Source: an uncultured Planctomycetaceae bacterium (GTDB lineage: Bacteria; Planctomycetota; Planctomycetia; Planctomycetales; Planctomycetaceae). From it: a stretch of 64,000 bases of DNA. The notes beneath the pieces were generated by a model. It made no database searches and had not been told where the DNA came from. It saw nothing but the letters and a program-made list of their open reading frames with translations. The position numbers and the translations under genes are program-made. Of the stretch, positions 23,580 through 34,910 are shown piece after piece. Location: the NCBI GenBank assembly GCA_963815195.1, contig CAWFGE010000012.1, forward strand, positions 64,001 through 128,000, read 5' to 3'. Positions within the stretch are counted from its first letter, which is position 1. The number at the start of each line of letters is the position of its first letter.

Positions 23580-24632
23580 TTACCCGCCGGCGAGCTTTTT
23601 GGCCCATTCGCTGTTGGGGTAGTCGGTGGCGAGCTTCGCGCGGGCGTCGGCGGCGCGGCCCGGCTGGGCGACTTCGGTCCAAAGGCTCGCCAAGTGGTAG
23701 AGCGCCTCGGCGTGGAGGTCCTTCTCGCTCGAAAACAGCACGTCCACGTGCAGATACGCCAGGAGCGCATCTTTCTTCTGGCCCGCGGCGAGGAGGTTGT
23801 CCCCTTTGCGGAGGTAGGCCTCGGCCATCGTCTTCGCATCGGTCGCCGGGGCCTGTTTGATGATCTGATCGAGTTCCGAAGCGGCTTTTTCAAACTGGTT
23901 CTGCCGCTGATAGCAGGTCGCCATCCCCAAGCGGGCTTCGAACTGGCGGGATTTCTCGGCGTCGGTCTTGGCGGGCTGGTTGGCGACCGTCTGGAACAAA
24001 GTCTGGGCCTGTGCGAGGCTGTCTTTCTTCAAAAACAGCCGACCCTCGGCGATCTTCGCGGCCATCTTGTAATCGTCCCAGGGAGCCTGCTCCAACTGTT
24101 TGAACGCGGGCTCGGCGTTGGCGAAGTCGCCCTTGGTCATGTAGGTGTCGCCCAACAGCATCAGTGTGTCGTAATAGCGGAAGGTGTTGGCGTGGGCGTT
24201 GCGGTAGGCGTCCAGCTTTTGAATCGCCTCGTCCAGTTTGCCGGGATCGGCCTTGGCCATTTTGGCCGTCACGCGGGCGATGAGGAACTCGAGGTCGGTC
24301 TTGAGGTCCGTCTGCTTGGCGTCCGCTTCGCCTTGGGCTTTTTGATAGTCATCCAAGGCTTTCTGCAGCTGGCCGGCGGCTTCGGCGCTTCTGGCGGTTT
24401 TGAGCCCGGGCGGTTCGCCGTCCCATTCCACGCGGGCCACGTCGTTCGCGGGCACGCGTTCTTCCTTGCCGCCGAGCCCGGCCATCACCAGTTCGGTCGG
24501 GGACTGCGACTTGAGTTCGTTGCCGACGCGGGACGCATTGCTTTTGCGAAACACAATATCCGCAGACCAGGCCGAGGCCACGGGAGCCAAGGCGACGGCG
24601 AACGTCAGCAACAATCGGGCGAAATTCCTCAT
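23580..24632 (-). CDS. Exported tetratricopeptide-repeat protein
   Basis: Signal peptide; helical repeats AEAYLRKGD, AEALYHLASLW, LATDYPNSEWA. Confidence 0.8.
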   Translation of the reverse strand: MRNFARLLLTFAVALAPVASAWSADIVFRKSNASRVGNELKSQSPTELVMAGLGGKEERVPANDVARVEWDGEPPGLKTARSAEAAGQLQKALDDYQKAQGEADAKQTDLKTDLEFLIARVTAKMAKADPGKLDEAIQKLDAYRNAHANTFRYYDTLMLLGDTYMTKGDFANAEPAFKQLEQAPWDDYKMAAKIAEGRLFLKKDSLAQAQTLFQTVANQPAKTDAEKSRQFEARLGMATCYQRQNQFEKAASELDQIIKQAPATDAKTMAEAYLRKGDNLLAAGQKKDALLAYLHVDVLFSSEKDLHAEALYHLASLWTEVAQPGRAADARAKLATDYPNSEWAKKLAGG

Positions 24633-24696
24633 CGATGAACAACTCCTCCGCCAACGGGCGGGCTGATTGAAATGATTTACGAGTTCGGGTCTTTAT

Positions 24697-24775
24697 GGCG
24701 AGCGTGGGGCGTCAGCCCGATGATCCGATCCTTTCGCAACCGTGGTCATCATGGGGCTGACGCCCCACGCTCACC
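24697..24775. repeat. REP-like palindrome (family B)
   Basis: GGCGAGCGTGGGGCGTCAGCCC ... GGGCTGACGCCCCACGCTCACC. Confidence 0.75.
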
Positions 24776-24781
24776 TTTTCT

Positions 24782-27700
24782 TTATTCCGAAGGCCGGGGT
24801 TTGGGTTTTGGCTTGGGTTTGGGCGGTTCTCCCGCGGCTTGCGGGGCCGGGCGTTTTTTGGGCGTCGGTTTCTGGCGCGGCGCTTCGCCGGTTGAAGCGT
24901 CCGCGGTTTGCGGGCGCGGGCGGGTTCCGGCGGCGGATTTTTTCGCGGGCCGGCTTTGACTCGATCGCCTCGGCCTTGGCGATTCATCCGCGGCTCCGAA
25001 TCCTTCGCCGGGGAAGGTGATGGTCTCATCGCCCCCCATCGGCCCGGAGCCGTAGGTCACGCGGATCGGCTTTTTCTTTTGGGCCCCCATCATCAAATAC
25101 ACCGCGCCCCCCGTGCCGGCGAGCGCCAGCAAGAACCCGAGAATCACCCAGGTCATGCTGACCGTGGGCGGTTCGACCGCCGTGTCGGTTTTCTTCTTTT
25201 TGTCATCCGGTCCTCCCGGACCGGCCACGGCGACGACCGAGGGGCGTTCGAGCCAGGTCAGGTTTGCATCCACGTTGGTTGTGTCGTGCGGGATGTCCGG
25301 GGGCGGAACGACCGGGTCCTTCACCAGCGGATTCAAATCCGTTTGGATGGTCTTGTACATCGCGTTGAACTTGTTCCACCACTCGTTATTGATGTCATCC
25401 TTGGGAATGATTCGCGTGAGGTTGGATGTCTCGATCTTCGCGGCCTCCAGGGCTTTGGTTTTCTCGGTGGTGCTGCTCTGGATTTGGGCATATTTGTACC
25501 GCGATTCCGAAACGTGATACAGCACGTCCAACAGCCGGGCGTAGGTCGCCGTCTCCTTGGCTTCTTCGCCGGCGAGCTGCTGCGCGATGAGGGCTTTCTT
25601 TTCTTCGAGTTTGGCCTGAAGTTCCGCATCGTCGAGCGGCAGCTCCGCGAGCGGCGTCTGGATGTCGCCCCGCACCAGGAGGTACACGGTCCAGGCATTG
25701 ACCGCGTTTCTGAGCGTCTTGAGTTCCTGCTGGAGTTCCTTCTTCGTGGGCCGCTTGCCGGCTTTGGCGAGCGCGTCCATCTCGTCGCGGACTTTTTCCA
25801 TGCGTTCCTGGGTGATGCCTTCGGGTTTCACGGCGTCGATCTCGGCCTTCAGCTCTTCGATGTGCTCCGGGGCACCGCCGCTCGCCGAAACTTTTTTGAG
25901 CCCGGCCAGCTCATCCTGCAAGAGGAGAGACAGTTTTTCCCGCGTGCCGATCAGCTTTTGGCCCGTCCGGTAGGCCGGGGGCAGGGAGATCCTTTTCCGT
26001 TTCCATTTCGGCCAGCTGCTTTTCGATGGCGGCGATTCGCGCTTTCGATTTGTCGTCCGTTTTCCCCTGGAGGTCGGCGAGTTCTTTTTGGAGGTCTTTT
26101 TTGATCTTGTCGAAGTTTTCGAAATACTTCGAAATCGACCATGTGGCTGAGCGTGCGGTTGATCTCTTCGATGCGGTCGAGCGATTTGGCCTTGTCGGGT
26201 TTGTTGCCGGCGGCTTCCAGGGCCTTCTGCTCCAGGCGGAGCGCGAGCCAGGTCTTGGTCGCGGTCAATGCATCGGTGACGAGGGCGAGGCGCTCCTCGG
26301 CGGCTTTCACGTCTTCCGAGGCGGCGGCTCCCGCGGCTTTGGCGGCTTCGAGTTGGGATTCGCGATCGGCCTTTTCGGCCAGGGTGTTTTGGTAGGCGAT
26401 GATCTTTTCCTCGTCCAGCCGCAGGGATTGCACCTGCTTGCGAACCGGGCGGAGTTGGTTGATCAACTGGTTGGACATCCCGCCCCAGCCCCAGAGTCCG
26501 CGGGGCTCGGCGTCGTTTTGGCCGGGAAGCTTCATCCCTTGAATGGCCGCGATCAGCATTTGCGGAGAATCGGGCCGGCCCGCAGCTCCCCAAGCCTGCA
26601 GGGTTTCGGCGGCTTCGATCTGAACATCGAGCGAACGCGGATGGTCCTTGAGCACGGATTTGAGAATGTCCAAGGCCTTCTGGTAATCGCCCGCGCTCCG
26701 GCTGGTGTTCGCCAGACGGACTTTAATGCCGGTGAGCCATTTGGGGGTCTCGGCTTCTTTTTGGGCGCGGTCCAGAATCGCCTGGTAGCATTCCTCGGCC
26801 TTTTTGAAGTACTCGGCGGAATTCGAGCCGGGGGCATCTTTGAGGCTGATTCCCAGGTTCAAAAAGGTTTCCGCCATCCATTGCAGCGAGCCGTAGGACA
26901 TATCGGCCTTTTTGTCGAGAAGGGCGTTCAAAAAGGTGCTGAAGGACGCCAGGATCGCATCCAGGCGGTCTTTCGGACCTTGGGCCTGGAGGCGTTCGAT
27001 TTCGGAGCGAATCTGCTTGCCGAGTTCCACGTAAGTCCTGGTCAGATCGTCGGCGTTCTCTTTGCCGACGACGTTTTCCAAATCGTCCATGGCTTTGAGG
27101 GCTTCGCCGGTTTGCTGTTTGCCGACGTAAGCCCTGAGGAGCACCTGATAGACGAGCCGGGCGAAGTTCTGGCTTTTGACGCCGCGTTCCGGGCGCTGTT
27201 CGCCTTCCTGAATTTTCACGGCTTCGAGCGGCGGATGGTGGTATTTCTTGCCGTCGGTGAGGTACACAATCGCCGCATCGTAGTTTTGCTCGTTGGCAAA
27301 AATTTGGGCCAACGTGACGCGGGCGGCGATGAGGTCGGTCGCATTTTCCACGGAGGCGTCTTCGGGGACGTCCGTGTTCATAATGTCGATGCCCTCGGAC
27401 AGGAACTTTTTCGAGTTTTCCTGCCAGGCTTTGAGTTCATCCGCCGTGGGGCGTTTGTCCTCCGGCAGGACGGCGTTTTTGAGATATGCGTTCCAGTAGG
27501 CCTGCCCCGCGGAGACTTTCGCCTCGCCTTTCTTATCGGACGAGGTGACCTGGGTGAACCACTTGGCGGCTTCGACGGGCTTGTCGCGGCGGCTATAGAT
27601 TTTGCCCAGGAGCATCCGCGAGGTGTCCGCCAAACCGCTGCCGGGCCATTTCTGGGTAATGCCCTCGCAGACGCGGACCATTTGATCGAGCTCGAATTTG

Positions 27701-29348
27701 ACCTCCGCCGCGCTGCCGTCCGCCTGGCTCTCTTTCATCTGCGCGTTGTAAGCCTGGTTGTAGGCCCCCAAGGCGATGTTGGCGGCTTGCTGGGCCATCT
27801 TGGGATCGTCGTCCGCGAAATGGTTCGCGAGGAATTCCCCGATGACGCCCGCCTCGAGATTCCGTTCGAGCTTGTAATAGATGTAAGCCAGCCAGAACCG
27901 GTCCTTGTTGATGAGGGCGATGTCGGTTTTCTCCGTGGCCAGCTTGAGGCCCAGGCTCAAAATCCGGGCGGTTTCGTTGAGGTGGGCGTTGAGCGCCTCC
28001 TTGCGGTTCGCGGTTTCCTGTTTGGTCTTGGCCGCTTGCACGTCGTTTTCCAGGCCTTCGATTTCCTGCACGAGATTGTCCGCCCGCACCAGGGCTTCCT
28101 CGATCGTTCTGGGATCGCCTTCGGACACCCCCAGCTTGCCCTTGATCCGCGAAACCATGAACTGCGACGGCCCGCGGTATTGCCCGGCGTATTGGGTGAC
28201 CTGCTGGGCTTCGTTGATCGCCAGCCGCAGGTTGCTCTCGATGTCTTTTTTGGGTTCGAGCGGGGGTTCGGTCTTGTCGCGCTCGGCCTTGTTCTTGGCG
28301 GCTTCGTAGTCCTTCTTGAGCTTTGCGGCGAGCTTCTCGTGGGCGACGGCTTTCTCGTAGCGAATCCCCAGCCCAATGGTCGTGCCGCCTTCTTTGCGGT
28401 GCATCTGCAGCCACTGCCCCGCCTCGTTGATGACGAGTTGATAATCCTTCCGCTCGTCGTGGTTCAAACAGATCAAGCGGAACTGGAGCACCTGGTTCTG
28501 GACGTTCTGCATCGCCGACGACTTGCCGGGATGTCCCAAGAGTTCGTTATAGATCCCGAGGGCCTTGCCGATGTCGTTTTGCTCCTCGAAGCATTTGCCC
28601 TGCCACATGCGGGCGTAAAGTCCGCCGACGATGCTGCGGTATTTCTCGTGGATGGCCTTAAACTCGTCGGCCGCCTTGTTGAGGAGGTTTTTGAACTCCT
28701 GCGAGTCCGCGGGGTAGGTTTGGGCTTCTTCGTAAGTGCACAGGGCCAAATCGATCTGGGCCCGCATGAAGTCGATTTCCGACTTGCCGCGGGCTTCGAG
28801 TTTCAATTTCTCCGCGGGATCGATATAGACGCCGAATTTTTCGAAGACCGCCTTGTGCTGATCGTGGGCGGTTTGAAACGTCTGGCGGGCTTTGGCCAGT
28901 AGGCGCGGGCTTCCAGGCGGAACTTTTCGCTGTTTTGCTCGTTGGCGGGGGATTCCGACTCCCAGATTTTCACGCGGGCTTTCTCGATGAGAATCCGGGC
29001 CTGCTCGGTGTTGGCTTTGGCGGCGAGCGGGTGATTGGGATTCGCCCGCGTGAAGGCGTCCAACTGGGCGACGGCCCGGTCGAGTTGCTCGGCCCGGACT
29101 TCGGGGTTGTTGATCGTCCGCGCGCCGTCCAAGAGCGTAATCGCCCGCTCGTAAGGAATCACCTGCTTGATCTCCGCCGGCAGATCGCTGCGTTCCTCGA
29201 GCTTGTCCAGATAATAGAGGGCGAAGTCGTAATAGCCCCGGCTTCTGAGGCCTTCCAGGAATTGTTCGGGCTGCTCTTCGCCTCGCGCCAGCGTCCCCGG
29301 CGAAAACAACGCACCCAAAATCACAACACAAATGAGTTTCCGGCTCAT
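24782..29348 (-). CDS. Giant (~1500 aa) exported TPR-like helical protein with a C-terminal TM anchor and basic Pro-rich tail; apparent frameshifts ~28900 and ~26000-26120
   Basis: Signal peptide MSRKLICVV..., FLEGLRSRGYYDFA; continuous helical sequence across ORFs 28803-29468, 25951-29331 and 24782-26593; TM WVILGFLLALAGTGGAVYLMM. Confidence 0.75.
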
Positions 29349-29674
29349 GGATTCGCTTCCGTTTGGAGGGTTCATTCCCGTCCTGTCGCTATGGGACGGT
29401 GATTGGGCCAGAAAGGTGGGAGGCGAAAACGCCCCCGCCCCCAACACGCAGGGCATTGTGGCTGGCAATCACCAGAATTGTCGAAGTGACCTGACTGGGA
29501 TTGTTTAGGGCGGCCCATAGAAAAATCGAATGGAATCGGTTTGCTCTCTTTTCAGCATATCCGGCTTTACGTCAAGACGCAACAAAAACAACGGGGAAAA
29601 CCCTTAGTTATCGTACAAGGAAAAAGATCTCCGAAACAAGGGCCGAAATACCGCGGTGGGTCAAGGATCAGAAA

Positions 29675-29766
29675 GCGAGCGGGAGGCGCAAGCCTCCCGG
29701 TTTCGTGGAGTTTTGGGCTGATCAACGTCACCGGGAAGCTCCTACCGGCTCACACCTCCCGCTCGC
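29675..29766. repeat. REP-like palindrome (family B-related)
   Basis: GCGAGCGGGAGG ... CCTCCCGCTCGC outer arms with internal GGGAGGC-GCAA-GCCTCCC hairpin. Confidence 0.65.
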
Positions 29767-30080
29767 CGGTCTTTGGTTCTCAGGCGAAAACGTCCAAGAT
29801 GATTTTGCCGACGTTGACGGTGACGACCTCTTCTGCAAATCGTTTGGGACGGATGGGCCGATCGATCGCGGCAGCGCCTTGGACGATCGCAACGAACAGA
29901 ACTCGCGCGGTCCAATCCCGCGAAAATCCGGCGGTTTGGGCAAAATGCGGCAAGATTGACGGCGGGATTTCCGATAGAGAGAAGCAAGCCACGACATTTT
30001 TGCGCCTGAGATCATTGATTCCGGCTTCTTGTGTCCTCGAGAATATTATGCTGATCCCTCCCCAAGAATCTCTCTCTGTG

Positions 30081-30767
30081 ATGTTTTCCCCCTCCGACGT
30101 GAATTCGCCCGGCGAACATTCCCCAGCCACCTATTGCGGATTGACCGCGACGGAATGGCGGCGGCGGCTTTGGCACTCCGCACCGGGGGTGTTGCCGTTC
30201 GCGTTGTGGGCGGTGCCGCACCGCGATCCCTTGTCCCCGACGCTGGAAATCGTGCTGTTTTCGTTGGTGTGCCTTTTTGCGGCGCACGTGTTTTTCCGGT
30301 ATCGCCTGATCGAGCGCCGCCAAGACGGGAAACGCGCGAGCGCGGTGCTCGGCTATGCGCTTTCGGTGCTTTTGACGCTCTTGATTTTCCCGGAACACGT
30401 CGAATTGGGGCTGACGGTGCTCGCGGTGCTTGCGTTTGGCGACGGGTCGGCTACAGTGGTCGGATTGATGTTCGGCGGTCCGAAGCTGCCTTGGAATCCG
30501 CACAAAACCTGGTCCGGTTTTGCCGGTTTTCTGGCCGTGGGGATTCCCGTCGCTTCGGTGATCTATTGGGGGGAGACGCAGTTTAATCCGGAATCGTTGG
30601 AATACCAAAGCGTCCCGTTCACGACGGCCCTGTATTGTGCGGGGGCCGCCGTGATGCTCGCGGCGATTGCGGAATCCCTGCCTTCGCGCATCAACGACAA
30701 CATCCGCGTCGGTGCCGCCGCCGCTGTGGGCGTCGTGAGCATGCATGCCCTCTTGCTGGGTTTGTGA
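30081..30767 (+). CDS. Dolichol/phytol kinase-like (cytidylyltransferase family) membrane protein
   Basis: EWRRRLWH, LAFGDGSATVVG, LPWNPHKTWSG, IAESLPSRINDNIRV. Confidence 0.75.
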   Translation: MFSPSDVNSPGEHSPATYCGLTATEWRRRLWHSAPGVLPFALWAVPHRDPLSPTLEIVLFSLVCLFAAHVFFRYRLIERRQDGKRASAVLGYALSVLLTLLIFPEHVELGLTVLAVLAFGDGSATVVGLMFGGPKLPWNPHKTWSGFAGFLAVGIPVASVIYWGETQFNPESLEYQSVPFTTALYCAGAAVMLAAIAESLPSRINDNIRVGAAAAVGVVSMHALLLGL

Positions 30768-30971
30768 GGTTTCACGAATCCGGAAAACGAGGCGGGCGGA
30801 ACAACCTGCGGAGGGTGCCCGCCTCGGCCCCACGATTTTTGGGAATGGTCAAAACCCTCGCGAATGCGAACAATGGTGGAAACGAAATCAACTCAGGCGA
30901 CCGCGAGTCATCAGCCGGCTGACGCCGGGCGCTCGCCCAAACTCGCTGCCCCGTATCGTCAGAACAAACCC

Positions 30972-31922
30972 ATGCCGCTGTTGGAAGTCAAAAACCTCCG
31001 AAAGTCTTACGGATCCCTGGTGGCGGTGGACGGCGTCCGCTTTGAGATTCAGGCGGGAGAAGTCTTCGGACTCTTGGGGCCGAACGGCGCGGGCAAATCC
31101 ACGACGATGCTGATGATTGCCGGCCTGGTTCCCTGCGATTCGGGCTCGATTTATCTCGACGGCAAAGAGTTCGACCCCAGGAACCCCGCCATGCGGTCTC
31201 AACTCGGCGTCGTCCCGCAGGACCTGGCGATCTATCCCGAATTGACGGCGACCGAGAACCTGCACTTCTTCGGCCGGCTGTATGGCATCAAAGGCGGCAT
31301 TCTGGCCGAACGCACCGCGGCCGCACTCGATCGGGTGGGGCTCACCTCGCGGGCGGACGATCCCGCGGCCACGTTTTCCGGTGGGATGAAACGCCGATTG
31401 AACTTCGCCTGCGCGCTTTTGCATCACCCGCGACTGCTGATTTTGGACGAGCCGACCGTCGGCGTCGATCCGCAATCCCGGTCGCATTTGCTCCAGTGCG
31501 TGCGGGATCTCAATACCGAGGGCGTCGCGGTGATCTACGCCAGCCATTACATGGAAGAAGTCCAGACGATCTGCGAACGCGTCGCGATTATGGACCACGG
31601 CAAAATCCTGGCGATGGACACATTGAGCGCGCTCCTCGGCCGGATGAGCGCCGACTTGAGCCTGCGGATTTCCAAGCCGCCGTCCAATGTCGCCCGCCAA
31701 CTCTCGCAGCTTGTGGAAGTCCAGCCCGCGCAAGATGACGCGGACGAAGTGGACCTGCTCGTGTCCAAAGATCAGCAAGGCGACGAGAAAACCTTCGAGA
31801 CCCTCTCGAAAGTCACCAACCTGCTGACGGAAACCGGCGTCAAGCTCCACGCCGTCAAAACCCACGAACCCAACCTGGAGCGGTTGTTCCTCCAACTCAC
31901 CGGCACCCGCCTGCGGGATTGA
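30972..31922 (+). CDS. ABC-2 type transporter ATP-binding protein
   Basis: GPNGAGKST, FSGGMKRR, LILDEPTVGVDPQSR, NLERLFLQLTG. Confidence 0.93.
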   Translation: MPLLEVKNLRKSYGSLVAVDGVRFEIQAGEVFGLLGPNGAGKSTTMLMIAGLVPCDSGSIYLDGKEFDPRNPAMRSQLGVVPQDLAIYPELTATENLHFFGRLYGIKGGILAERTAAALDRVGLTSRADDPAATFSGGMKRRLNFACALLHHPRLLILDEPTVGVDPQSRSHLLQCVRDLNTEGVAVIYASHYMEEVQTICERVAIMDHGKILAMDTLSALLGRMSADLSLRISKPPSNVARQLSQLVEVQPAQDDADEVDLLVSKDQQGDEKTFETLSKVTNLLTETGVKLHAVKTHEPNLERLFLQLTGTRLRD

Positions 31923-32011
31923 ACCGACGAATCACCGCGAACGCAAAATTGGTATTGGAAGAATAAAACCACGAATCACACGAATGAAAACCGGAGCTTG
32001 TCGCATCGATT

Positions 32012-32079
32012 AGCCGCAGGGCGCTCGCCCCGGTTCGCTTGTCACATTTTTATGAGCCGCAGGGCGCTCGCCCCGGTTC
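32012..32079. repeat. Two direct copies of the family A REP arm
   Basis: AGCCGCAGGGCGCTCGCCCCGGTTC at 32012-32036 and 32055-32079. Confidence 0.8.
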
Positions 32080-32150
32080 ATGAGGCGAATCGCATTCAAC
32101 TTGCAAATCATTGGTTATTGGGATTTGGTCATTGGGGATTTTGATCGCTG

Positions 32151-33446
32151 ATGGGATTTTGGGAGATTACGAAAAAAGACCTCAAGCTGCTCCTGCGGGA
32201 TCGGCGGACGGCGGCGCTTCTCGTCGTGTTGCCCTTGGTGTTTATCACCATCATCGGGCTGACCACCGGCAAGCTGCTCGGCTGGAAGCGGTCCAACCAG
32301 ATGCTGCGGATCGGCTTTGTGGATGATGTGGATTATCTCAACATTCAGACCGAATTCGACGACCCGAAACTCGACGCCGCCGAGCGAACCCGCGCCAAAA
32401 ACCTGGTCCGCAAGATCGTCAACGGGCTGCAAGCAGGCCAAGGCGTCGAAATCTTCCCCGCGGAGAACCGCGACACGCTCCAGCGAATGCTGGACGGACA
32501 GGCCGACGAGGAAGTGAACGCCGGCCTGGTCTTCGGCCCGGAGTTTTATCGGAAAGTCTCAGAACTCACCGCGACCGATGTGCTTTCGCCGACCGGCGGG
32601 AAGCTCCAAGGCGGTTTGAAGTCGCTGGACATCGAACTGGTAAGCGATCGCCCCGAATCGAGCACCTCCACGGTCATCGAGCGCCTGGTTTACAGCGAGG
32701 CCCTCCGCAACATCGCCCCGTCGGTGTTCTGCAGAAGCGGAGCCCTGGCACAACGCATCCGCTCGACCTGCGATGACCTGGAAGCCGAGGGCGGCGTGCC
32801 GCCGATGGAACTCGAGCCCGTCAAGGAAGAAGCGGGCCAGGCGGACGGGCGGCTCTATGATGAACTGGTGCCCGGCTGGACGGTCATGTTTGTGTTCTTT
32901 CTCATCAATATCATGGCCCGCTCATTTATCCACGAGCGCGACCTGGGCACGCTGAACCGCTTGCGGATCGCCCCGGTTTCGCCCACCGGCGTGATGTTCG
33001 GCAAAACCGTGCCTTTCTTTATCGTCTCGGTTGTACAGACGGTACTGTTGTTCTTGGCGGGGCGGCTCTTGTTCGGGATGTCCTGGGGTCAGGAGCCCTG
33101 GCTGCTCGTTCCGGTGATCCTCGCGACCTCGATGTCCGCGACGACATTGGGGCTGATGGTCGCCACCGTCGTCAAAACCGATTCGCAGGTCTCGGCCTAT
33201 GCGACGTCCGTGATGATCGTGATGGCGGGAATCAGCGGTTGTTTTCTGCCGCGGGACTGGCTGCCGGACATGATGAAAACCATCAGCCTCGGCACTCCGC
33301 ACGCCTGGGCGTTGATGGCCTACCGCGAAATCCTCACCACCGAGCATCCGCTTCTGGAACAAGTTTTCAAATACTGCAGCGTCCTGGTGGGATTCTCGGG
33401 CGTATACTTCCTGTTCGGAGCCTGGCGCTTCCGCCACGTGGGATAG
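32151..33446 (+). CDS. ABC-2 type transporter permease
   Basis: KKDLKLLLRDR, VPGWTVMFVFF, ERDLGTLNRLRIAP, GCFLPRDWLP, TPHAWA. Confidence 0.9.
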   Translation: MGFWEITKKDLKLLLRDRRTAALLVVLPLVFITIIGLTTGKLLGWKRSNQMLRIGFVDDVDYLNIQTEFDDPKLDAAERTRAKNLVRKIVNGLQAGQGVEIFPAENRDTLQRMLDGQADEEVNAGLVFGPEFYRKVSELTATDVLSPTGGKLQGGLKSLDIELVSDRPESSTSTVIERLVYSEALRNIAPSVFCRSGALAQRIRSTCDDLEAEGGVPPMELEPVKEEAGQADGRLYDELVPGWTVMFVFFLINIMARSFIHERDLGTLNRLRIAPVSPTGVMFGKTVPFFIVSVVQTVLLFLAGRLLFGMSWGQEPWLLVPVILATSMSATTLGLMVATVVKTDSQVSAYATSVMIVMAGISGCFLPRDWLPDMMKTISLGTPHAWALMAYREILTTEHPLLEQVFKYCSVLVGFSGVYFLFGAWRFRHVG

Positions 33447-33459
33447 AAAGTCCCAAGCG

Positions 33460-33572
33460 CGAAATCCGAAATCCAAAATCCGAAAAAAATCCAAAACCCC
33501 AAATTCCAAGGCTCGAAACCCCCAGATTTGTGAGTTTGATCATTCGGATTTCTCGGTTCGGATTTCGAATTT
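33460..33572. repeat. Heptamer (CGAAATC/CAAAATC) tandem array followed by its inverted complement
   Basis: CGAAATCCGAAATCCAAAATCCGAAA ... TTCGGATTTC..TTCGGATTTCGAATTT. Confidence 0.7.
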
Positions 33573-33657
33573 GCGATCGGTCTTGTCGCGGGGTTTGGAT
33601 TGCCGGTATGATCCCCCCCCGGAATTTGATGGATCGGATTTCCTAGGCCGGGACGGC

Positions 33658-34739
33658 ATGTTGAAACGGATTTCAGTTGCGGATCTTCAGGCCCTCGATG
33701 CGCGGCGGGTTTGCCTCATCAAACCGAGCGCCTTGGGCGACATTGTGCAGACGCTGCCGCTTTTGCCGGTCTTGAAGGAGCGATTCCCGCACGCCTCGGT
33801 TTCGTGGGTGGTGGCTTCGCAGTTTGCCGAGCTGTTGACGGGGCATCCGTTTTTGGATGAGGTGATTCCCTTCGACCGGCGGGGCGGAGCAAGGCGATTT
33901 TTCGGGCTGCTCCAGGCGCTGCGGAAACGCCGGTTCGATCTGGTGTTCGATCTCCAGGGCCTCTTGCGGACAGGCCTCATGACCTGGGCCACCCGCCGCC
34001 CGTGCGGGTCGGTTTGGAGACGGCCCGGGAAGGGGCGGACTGGGCCTGCCAACTTTCGCTGCCCGACACGAGCCGGCTCGTGCCCGCCCATCTGCGGAAT
34101 TGGCGGGTGGCGGAGGCGCTGGGAATGGGGCAACATCGGCGGGAGACGATCGTCGCGGTGACCGCACACGACCGGGCGTGGGCACGCGGGCAATTCGCCG
34201 GCTTGTCGCCCCGCGTGTTGGTCATTCATGCCGGGGCTCAGTGGGAAACCAAACGCTGGCCGGCGGGGCACTTCGCCTTTGTCGCGGCGAAGGCGGCCCG
34301 CTATTACAAGATGTCCCCGGTTCTCGTCGGCAGTCCCGCGGAACGAACTCTGACCGACCACATCGAGCGGCAAGTCCGCAAATTCGTCCCCAATGCCCGT
34401 CTGAAAAATCTCGCGGGTCAGACGACGCTCAAACGTCTCGCCGCCGTCCTGGAACGGGCCGACGTGGTGCTGTCGAACGATTCCGGTCCGATGCACCTCG
34501 CGGCCGGTGTGGGGACGCCCGTGGTCGGCGTTTTCACCTGCACAAGCCCGGTCCAGTCCGGTCCGCCGGGAAAGCAGCACGCCCTCGTCAGCACGCGGCT
34601 TGATTGCGCCGCGGGTTATCACAAACATTGCCCGCACCGCGGCGGCCGCCGCCTGGCATGCTTCCGAGAACTGGAAGCCGACCGCGTCTGGCAAGCCCTC
34701 GCCGATTTGGTGGAATCCCAATTCCGCCGCGCCGCGTGA
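33658..34739 (+). CDS. Glycosyltransferase family 9 (LPS heptosyltransferase-like); apparent frameshift ~33995
   Basis: IKPSALGDIVQTLP, DLVFDLQGLLRT, HAGAQWETKRWP, SNDSGPMHLAAGVGTP. Confidence 0.88.
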
Positions 34740-34809
34740 TTGGGACCAGTTGGCGAGAGGGAGAATGGGAGACGGGAAGTTGTCGGTCCGAACCGATAGA
34801 ATTGCGCCG

Positions 34810-34838
34810 TTGCATCCGCCTGTCCGCCCCACTAGGAT
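34810..34838 (+). promoter_or_regulatory. Possible sigma-70 promoter for the dev operon
   Basis: TTGCAT-N17-TAGGAT about 70 nt upstream of the ATG at 34911. Confidence 0.35.
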
Positions 34839-34910
34839 CTTAGCATGGTGAGGGATCACCCGTTGTGGCTTTCTCCGTCCATCTGACCACATCCTCGCCA
34901 ATTCTCTCTC

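Noticed and set aside
29350..30080. Hidden small gene or ncRNA in the 700-bp divergent intergenic region
   Set aside because: Candidate ORFs lack motifs or a clear RBS; only the REP-like palindrome is supportable
32012..32079. Direct repeats with a spacer as a mini-CRISPR
   Set aside because: Only two units, an 18-nt spacer, the same sequence occurs as REP arms elsewhere, and there are no cas genes
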